A stretch of 64,000 nucleotides of DNA, taken from assembly GCA_965218795.1 (NCBI GenBank), contig OZ244653.1, positions 1,408,001 through 1,472,000 on the forward strand. The letters are read 5' to 3'. Below are positions 58,301 through 64,000 of the stretch, one piece after another. The notes below the pieces were generated by a model. It was not told the origin of the DNA. It ran no database searches and saw only the letters and a program-made list of their open reading frames with translations. Origin of the DNA: a bacterium. GTDB taxonomy: Bacteria; UBA8248; JACPRG01; G963555815. The translations under genes were made by a program, and so were the position numbers. Positions within the stretch are counted from its first letter, which is position 1; each line of letters begins with the position of its first letter.

Positions 58301-58798
58301 CGTTGCGCATTTTGATGAACAGATATAGTACAGCACCGGGGGCGTAGAAATTCATTTTATATTCTTCGTCATGCTCCACCACGTCGTCCTCGACGCTTTG
58401 CAACGTCACGGTATGTTGCTCGTCCTTCCGGCTGAAGACGAAGCTCGTATCTATGGCCTTAAATTCGGTACTCTCGGCCCCGACGCAACACTCACCATAT
58501 CTAGGCGAGCCTAGCTTGGTCTTCACCCGGCCAGTCATATAGGTTCGGTCACATCTCCTGTCCGCGTGATGGTGACGGTTTGCGATGAGCCTTCCGGGGT
58601 CGTAAAGGTTTCTACTCTCCACCCTCCGCCACTTTCCGAATAGGCGCCGACGCTCGTCGGAAGCGCCGCCAGGGCGGCCGCCCCGATCAGGAAAACCGCC
58701 ACCGTACTGCGGGCGGCCTTGACGAAGGCATCGAGACCCTGAAGAGCGGACGCTGTGGCAGGCCAAAACGCTGAATGGCGCTTCCTGAGGAAGGGCAT
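55361..58798 (-). pseudogene. Frameshifted multidomain autotransporter adhesin (signal peptide, Calx-beta repeats, FN3, Ig/cadherin-like, beta-barrel)
   Basis: Consecutive ORFs 58535-58798, 57585-58766, 56806-57615 and 55338-57314 carry collinear domains; barrel finishes in a further frame (...LGWRLRL*). Confidence 0.8.
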
Positions 58799-58866
58799 TG
58801 TTTGCTCCTTCGATGACTGGTTCTACTCATTGAGGATCAAGCCATGAGTTTCCTCTTACATTTAGA

Positions 58867-58883
58867 TGCAAGATCTGTGCCAA
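58867..58883 (-). promoter_or_regulatory. Sigma54 (-24/-12) promoter
   Basis: TTGGCAC-AGATC-TTGCA, exact TGGCAC-N5-TTGCW consensus, about 70 bp upstream of the adhesin start. Confidence 0.8.
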
Positions 58884-59109
58884 AATATCCAGGAAGACCC
58901 TGAACCGTTTTCATTCAATCAGTTATGAGAAAACGCCCTGGATATCCGCATCGTCCGCAAGCGTTGCAAAATGTAACGGCCGGGGGCCGATCGGAAGGCC
59001 GGGACAGGAAACCAAATCGTTTGATTACAATGGGTTATGTGATAGCAGGAGGGAATTCGCATTTTGCGATACGAACGGCATTCTGCGACGGGCGGCGCGG
59101 TTCAAGGCT

Positions 59110-59598
59110 GGACGGGCCGCGAGAGAAGGACCTGAACGCGCACCTGAAGACGCCTCGTCACGCGGCCCATGTTCTGTCATTCCTGCGGAAGCAGGAATCC
59201 AGGGGGCTGGCTGGCAGGCTGCAACAGGAATCCAGGCAACACGAGACGGGCCGCGAGAGAAGGACCTGAACGCGCGCCTGAAGACGCCTCGTCAAGACGC
59301 CTCGTCAAGCGATCCTTTTCCTGGATTCCTGCTTCCGCAGGAATGACAGGCTGTTGTACGGGGGCCTCGTTTGTCATTCCCGCTGGCCTGCCCCCGAATG
59401 TCTTCGTCGGGGGACAGAGAGGGAGGAGCCGCGGCAACGGCGGAGAAGAAGGTGAAGATGACCGTTTACGCATCTTGCTTGCGACTTCCTCTCTGGATTC
59501 CTGCTGGAGCCTGTCCTCGAAGGCTTTTATCGGGGGCGGGAATGACCGGGTTGGAGGTCACGCGGCCCATGTTCGTCATTCCCGCGAAAGCGGGAATC
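59110..59598. repeat. Mosaic cluster of REP/BIME-like elements and duplicated IS481-derived fragments
   Basis: REP units at 59176-59235, 59321-59415 and 59493-59598; GGGCCGCGAGAGAAGGACCTGAACGCG..CCTGAAGACGCCTCG at about 59113 and 59247. Confidence 0.78.
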
Positions 59599-59610
59599 GC
59601 AGGCAGCGCG

Positions 59611-59771
59611 CGGGACGGGCTGCGAGAGAAGGGCCTGAAAGCGTACCTGAAGACGCCTCGCCAAGACGCCTCGTCGAGTTCTACAACAGCGAGCGTCCTC
59701 ATCAGGGCGGCCGCCCCATCGACACGGTCAGGAAGTTTATCCAACCTGTGCGGAATAAAGCCTGGTCATAC
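59611..59771 (+). mobile_element. IS481-family relic
   Basis: EFYNSERPHQG.RPIDTVRKF; ends GGTCATACA; reverse complement of 5770-5945. Confidence 0.58.
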
Positions 59772-59984
59772 ACACTTGCCATTCAGTCTTCCTGCCGGTC
59801 ATTCCCGAAAACGAAAGGCTCTGCACAGCGCGTTGCGCCGGGCGTGAGAGAGTCAGCCGGCTCCATGTGTTCGAGGCGCTCGTTTACATCTTCTCAAATT
59901 GTGCTAACTTAATGCTTTTCATCTCCTTGAGCGTATCTCACGAATCCAGGGATGAGAAATGTCTCTCTGGTTCGGAGAGTTGTC

Positions 59985-61292
59985 TTGAAGCGTTCCACCC
60001 ACCTCCTGGAATCCATCAAAGCCCGCAAGATTCGCTCCGCGGTGATTGGTGCGGGCTACGTCGGCCTGCCCCTCGCGGTTGAATTCGCCACAGCCGGGTA
60101 CGATGTCACAATCATTGATGTCGATCAGTCCAAGGTCCGCCGGGTCAACCGGGGAGAAAGTTACATCCAAGACGTTCCCAGTGAGGCGCTGCGCCGGGCC
60201 GTCAAAGCCGGGAACCTTCACGCGACCAGCGATTACGAGATCATCAAAGAGGTGAATACGGTCAACATTTGCGTACCCACCCCATTACGAAAAACGAAGG
60301 ACCCGGATCTGTCCTGCATTGTGGATGCGACCGAGAGAATCCGGGACCATTTGCGCCCCGGCATGCTCGTCATCCTGGAGAGCACGACCTATCCCGGGAC
60401 GACGGATGAGATCGTACTGCCTATCCTTGAAGAGACCGGACTCCGGGCAGGCAGGGATTTTCACCTGGCCTTTTCGCCGGAACGGGTCGATCCCGGAAAC
60501 CCGGATTTCTCGACCCGGAACATCCCCAAAGTGGTTGGAGGGATAACGCACGAGTGCGGAAAACTCGCCAGTGCGCTCTATCGGAACTGTATCGACGAGG
60601 TGGTTCCGGTCTCCTCCACGCGGGTGGCGGAGCTTGTGAAGCTGCTGGAGAATACCTTCCGCAGCGTGAATATCGGCCTCGTCAACGAGATGGCGCTCCT
60701 TTGCAATAACCTGAATATTGACGTTTGGGAGGTCATTGACGCCGCAGGCACCAAGCCCTTCGGCTTTATGCCCTTCTACCCGGGCCCTGGATTGGGCGGA
60801 CACTGTATCCCCGTCGATCCCTTCTACCTCTCCTGGAAGGCGAAGATGAACGGGTTCGAGGCCCGGTTCATCGAGCTGGCCGGCATGGTCAATTCGCAGA
60901 TGCCGAGCTTTGTCGTCCAGAGGGTCGCCGACGCGCTGAATCAGCGGCGAAAGAGCATTCGAGGCTCCCGGATCCACGCCTTGGGCGTGACTTATAAGAG
61001 AGATACCGACGACACGCGCGAGTCTCCGGCCCTGGATGTCCTGACGTTGCTGGAGGAGAAGGGCGCACGCCTTTCCTACACGGATCCCTACGTTTCGGAG
61101 ATTTGCGTGCGGGACAAACGGATCAAGGGCATTTCAGCCCGGGCCTCCGTCTTGCGGGGGGCGGACTGCGTCATATTGCTGACCGACCACAAGTCCTTCG
61201 AGCCGCGCGAGATCGTCAAGCACGCGAAACTCATCGTTGATACGCGCAACGCAATGAAGAATGTGAAAAGCCGGAAGATCGTCAAGCTCTGA
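59985..61292 (+). CDS. Nucleotide-sugar dehydrogenase (UDP-GlcNAc 6-dehydrogenase, WbpA/TviB-like)
   Basis: GAGYVGLP, ICVPTP, ESTTYPGTT, KLLENTFR, GGHCIP.DP; start uncertain (59952 or 59985). Confidence 0.92.
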   Translation: MKRSTHLLESIKARKIRSAVIGAGYVGLPLAVEFATAGYDVTIIDVDQSKVRRVNRGESYIQDVPSEALRRAVKAGNLHATSDYEIIKEVNTVNICVPTPLRKTKDPDLSCIVDATERIRDHLRPGMLVILESTTYPGTTDEIVLPILEETGLRAGRDFHLAFSPERVDPGNPDFSTRNIPKVVGGITHECGKLASALYRNCIDEVVPVSSTRVAELVKLLENTFRSVNIGLVNEMALLCNNLNIDVWEVIDAAGTKPFGFMPFYPGPGLGGHCIPVDPFYLSWKAKMNGFEARFIELAGMVNSQMPSFVVQRVADALNQRRKSIRGSRIHALGVTYKRDTDDTRESPALDVLTLLEEKGARLSYTDPYVSEICVRDKRIKGISARASVLRGADCVILLTDHKSFEPREIVKHAKLIVDTRNAMKNVKSRKIVKL

Positions 61293-61348
61293 CGGTTTTC
61301 ATCCCCACATCATGGGAAAAGCCGCTTCACGGCCTTGAAAGGACAGGG

Positions 61349-62320
61349 ATGACCATTCACCTCGTGACCGGGGGTGCCGGCTTCATCGGGTCGCATCTGA
61401 CGCACCGCCTCGTTGAGCAAGGGGACCGGGTTCGGGTACTGGACAACCTGACGACCGGCTCCGCGGGCAGCTTGGCGGCCGTCCGAGACCGCGTCGAGTT
61501 CGTTGAGGGGGACATTCAGGATTCGGCCGTTGTGGCCCGAGCGGTCGATGGCGTCGAGTGCGTCTTTCATCTGGCCGCCTTGCCGTCTATCCAGCGATCG
61601 ATTCGATTTCCATTAGAATCGGAAAGCGTCAACGCCTTGGGGACGCTCCGGATTCTGGAGGCGGCACGGGAAACCGGGGTGAGACGTGTCGTTTACGCGT
61701 CGTCCTCCTCAGTGTATGGCGCTACCTCCACGCTGCCCAAGCGGGAGGACCAGACACTCAACCCGATCTCGCCGTATGCGGTCAGCAAGCTCACCGGGGA
61801 GCGGTACTGTCAGATCTATCACGCCCTTCACGGACTGGAGACGGTGAGTCTCCGCTATTTCAACGTGTTCGGGCCCCGCCAGGAACCCGACTCTCCCTAT
61901 GCGGCCGTTATCCCCCTGTTCATTCAATCATTATTCAGCGGACGGCGGCCCAGGGTCTTCGGCGACGGAGAGCAAACGCGCGACTTCACATACGTTTCCA
62001 ATGCGGTCGACGCGAACTTGCGCGCTGCGTCGGCCGCGGGCGCGCCGGGCAGGGTGTTCAACGTGGCATGTCAGCAAAGGACCTCACTCAACGAGCTGCT
62101 CCGGATCATCGGTGACATTTGCGGCGTCTCTCCGCAGGCGGAATACGGTGACTCGCGGGCGGGCGATGTTCGCGATTCCCTGGCCGATATCGGACAGGCG
62201 CGCGAGGTGCTGGGATACGCCCCGGCCACAACGCTGGTTCAGGGGCTGGAGGAGACTTGCGAATGGTATCGGGGGGAGCGGCTCAATCGGCCCGCCGGTG
62301 CGTCCCTGCATTCGCCTTGA
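61349..62320 (+). CDS. NAD-dependent epimerase/dehydratase (WbpP-like SDR)
   Basis: TGGAGFIGS, ASSSSVYG, YAVSK, RYFNVFGPRQ. Confidence 0.92.
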   Translation: MTIHLVTGGAGFIGSHLTHRLVEQGDRVRVLDNLTTGSAGSLAAVRDRVEFVEGDIQDSAVVARAVDGVECVFHLAALPSIQRSIRFPLESESVNALGTLRILEAARETGVRRVVYASSSSVYGATSTLPKREDQTLNPISPYAVSKLTGERYCQIYHALHGLETVSLRYFNVFGPRQEPDSPYAAVIPLFIQSLFSGRRPRVFGDGEQTRDFTYVSNAVDANLRAASAAGAPGRVFNVACQQRTSLNELLRIIGDICGVSPQAEYGDSRAGDVRDSLADIGQAREVLGYAPATTLVQGLEETCEWYRGERLNRPAGASLHSP

Positions 62321-62344
62321 CAATTGTCCTCCCCGGAGTAAATT
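62317..62344 (+). promoter_or_regulatory. Putative sigma70 promoter for rplM-rpsI
   Basis: TTGACA-N16-TAAATT. Confidence 0.55.
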
Positions 62345-62399
62345 AGCACTTTCATTCTATCGGTTCGTCCGATGGCACTTGTGACGGAGCCTGGAAATA

Positions 62400-62858
62400 A
62401 TGCCGCAAAAAACGATGTCCTTACGAAAGGAGGACGCCCTACGCGACCGGAAATGGTACTTGGCGGACGCAGACGGTCAGGTGCTCGGCCGGCTGGCCAC
62501 CCGCGTGGCGACCGTTCTTCGCGGTAAACACAAGCCGACGTTTACACCCCACGTCGATGGAGGGGACCACGTCATCATCGTAAACGCGGAGAAAATTGTT
62601 CTCACAGGGAAAAAGCGGACCGACAAACTTTATTACCGTCACTCCGGCTATCCCGGGGGGATTAAGGTCGAGACGGCGGAAGAGATGCTGCAAAACCACC
62701 CCGATCGCGTCATCCGAAACGCTGTCAAGGGAATGCTCCCCAAGAACCCGCTGGGCAGGGGGATGCTCAAGAAGCTTCGCGTGTATGCTGGTCCGGATCA
62801 CCAACATGAGGCCCAGCAGCCCCAACCTCTGGAACTAGGCAAGAGAGCCAATGGCTGA
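62400..62858 (+). CDS. rplM: 50S ribosomal protein L13
   Basis: LGRLAT..A..LRGKHKP.FTPHVD, HSGYPGG, GMLPKN. Confidence 0.98.
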   Translation: MPQKTMSLRKEDALRDRKWYLADADGQVLGRLATRVATVLRGKHKPTFTPHVDGGDHVIIVNAEKIVLTGKKRTDKLYYRHSGYPGGIKVETAEEMLQNHPDRVIRNAVKGMLPKNPLGRGMLKKLRVYAGPDHQHEAQQPQPLELGKRANG

Positions 62859-63240
62859 TCGCATTTACGCTACCGGAAAACGCAAATCCGCAATTGCGCG
62901 GGTATGGCTGAGTCCCGGACAGGGACGGATCCTCGTCAATCAGCGTCCCGCCGAGGAATACTTTACCCGCGAAAGCGCCCGGATGGCCCTCAAAACGGTT
63001 TTCGAGGCTACGGAAACCTGGGGTCAGTTCGACGCCTACATCACCGTCCGGGGCGGGGGACAGTCAGGACAGGCCGGAGCGATCCGCCACGGGATCGCCA
63101 AAGCGCTGGTCGAGTCGGACCCAAATCTCCGGGTCCCTCTGAAACGGGCCGGCCACCTGACCCGCGATGCACGCGTCAAAGAGCGGAAGAAGTATGGCTT
63201 GCGTTCCGCACGGGCGCGCTTCCAATTCTCCAAGCGATAA
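62851..63240 (+). CDS. rpsI: 30S ribosomal protein S9
   Basis: [38 protein letters not shown]. Confidence 0.98.
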   Translation: MADRIYATGKRKSAIARVWLSPGQGRILVNQRPAEEYFTRESARMALKTVFEATETWGQFDAYITVRGGGQSGQAGAIRHGIAKALVESDPNLRVPLKRAGHLTRDARVKERKKYGLRSARARFQFSKR

Positions 63241-63317
63241 GAACAGAGGCCGTTCCTGCGCTCTCTGCGTGATGTGGAACGGTTGATGGATCACCCGCCA
63301 CAGAGGACGGTGGAGGA

Positions 63318-64000
63318 ATGCTGCGCATTTCCCTAGCAGGCGCCACGGGGTACGCGGGCAGTGAACTCCTGCGCATTCTGGCCGCCCACCCCGAAGTCGA
63401 AATCGTGCGCTTGACGTCGGAGACATTCGCCGGGCGAACCCTTTCGGACGTCATGCCGGCCTTCCGACAGGTGATCGACGCTGAACTGGCGCCCCTGGAC
63501 CCCGACCAAGTCGGAGACGGGGCAGACCTGGTCTTCACTGCCCTCCCCCACCGGACTGCCATGCAGTCCGTTCCCGGAATTTTAGCGGCGGGAAATCGAG
63601 TGGTGGATTTCAGCGCGGATTACCGCATCCAGGACCCGTCCATCTATGCCGCCTGGTACGGGACGGACCACATCGATCCCGATCATCTGGGCGAGGCCGT
63701 GTACGGACTGCCCGAGCTTTATCGGAACCGGATTCGGGGGGCGCGGCTGGTGGCCAATCCGGGTTGCTACCCCACGGGCGCCATTCTGGCCCTGGCCCCG
63801 TTGCTTCGGGATCGGTTGATCGACCCCGATTCCATCATCGTCGATTCCAAATCCGGAGTGTCCGGAGCGGGGAGACAAGCCAAGGCCGAGTATTCGTATT
63901 GCGAGATCAACGAGAGCGTGAAGGCCTACTCCATCGCCGTTCATCGTCATACGCCGGAAATCGAGCAGGAACTGTCGGCCTCAGCGGGGAAAACGGTGAT
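63318..64000 (+). CDS. argC: N-acetyl-gamma-glutamyl-phosphate reductase (runs off the window end)
   Basis: Own translation: MLRISLAGATGYAGSELLRIL..HP, ALPH, DFSADYR, YGLPE, ANPGCYPT, SGVSGAG, HRHTPEI; absent from the ORF track. Confidence 0.95.
   Translation, partial: MLRISLAGATGYAGSELLRILAAHPEVEIVRLTSETFAGRTLSDVMPAFRQVIDAELAPLDPDQVGDGADLVFTALPHRTAMQSVPGILAAGNRVVDFSADYRIQDPSIYAAWYGTDHIDPDHLGEAVYGLPELYRNRIRGARLVANPGCYPTGAILALAPLLRDRLIDPDSIIVDSKSGVSGAGRQAKAEYSYCEINESVKAYSIAVHRHTPEIEQELSASAGKTV

Noticed and set aside
5770-59771. 54-kb composite transposon
   Set aside because: No intact transposase, no target-site duplication, and the interior holds housekeeping genes (fhs, hemE/H, glg)

Overview
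This is a high-GC bacterial chromosomal segment with no rRNA, tRNA or CRISPR array. It falls into several blocks. (i) 0.8-29 kb: an aromatic/acyl-CoA catabolic neighbourhood with a benzoate-CoA ligase, three crotonases, a hydroxyacyl-CoA dehydrogenase, a W-type AOR with MoaD and PadR, two PaaK-like ligases, UbiD, a Tat-less reductive-dehalogenase-like protein, fhs, and an FrhB-like protein ahead of an XDH-family M/S/L set. Three PadR-type operator palindromes link its promoters. (ii) 29.6-42.8 kb: a long minus-strand uptake and catabolism operon with a TorT-like ABC transporter, a divergent adenine deaminase, hydantoinase A, hydantoinase B fused to an acetone-carboxylase-gamma-like Zn domain, and an orphan form II CoxL. 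(iii) Housekeeping genes: hemE/hemH, glgX/glgB/malQ, nucleotide-sugar enzymes, rplM/rpsI and argC. (iv) Two autotransporter adhesins: one intact and preceded by a (TCCAGAC)13 repeat, one frameshifted and sitting behind a perfect sigma54 promoter. Features the ORF track misses or splits are a UGA-readthrough OsmC-like selenoprotein with a SECIS-like hairpin, a 30-aa bS22/AURKAIP1-like gene, argC, nested REP/BIME-like repeats, and IS481 and IS3 relics. All calls come from motif recognition by eye; no database searches were run.
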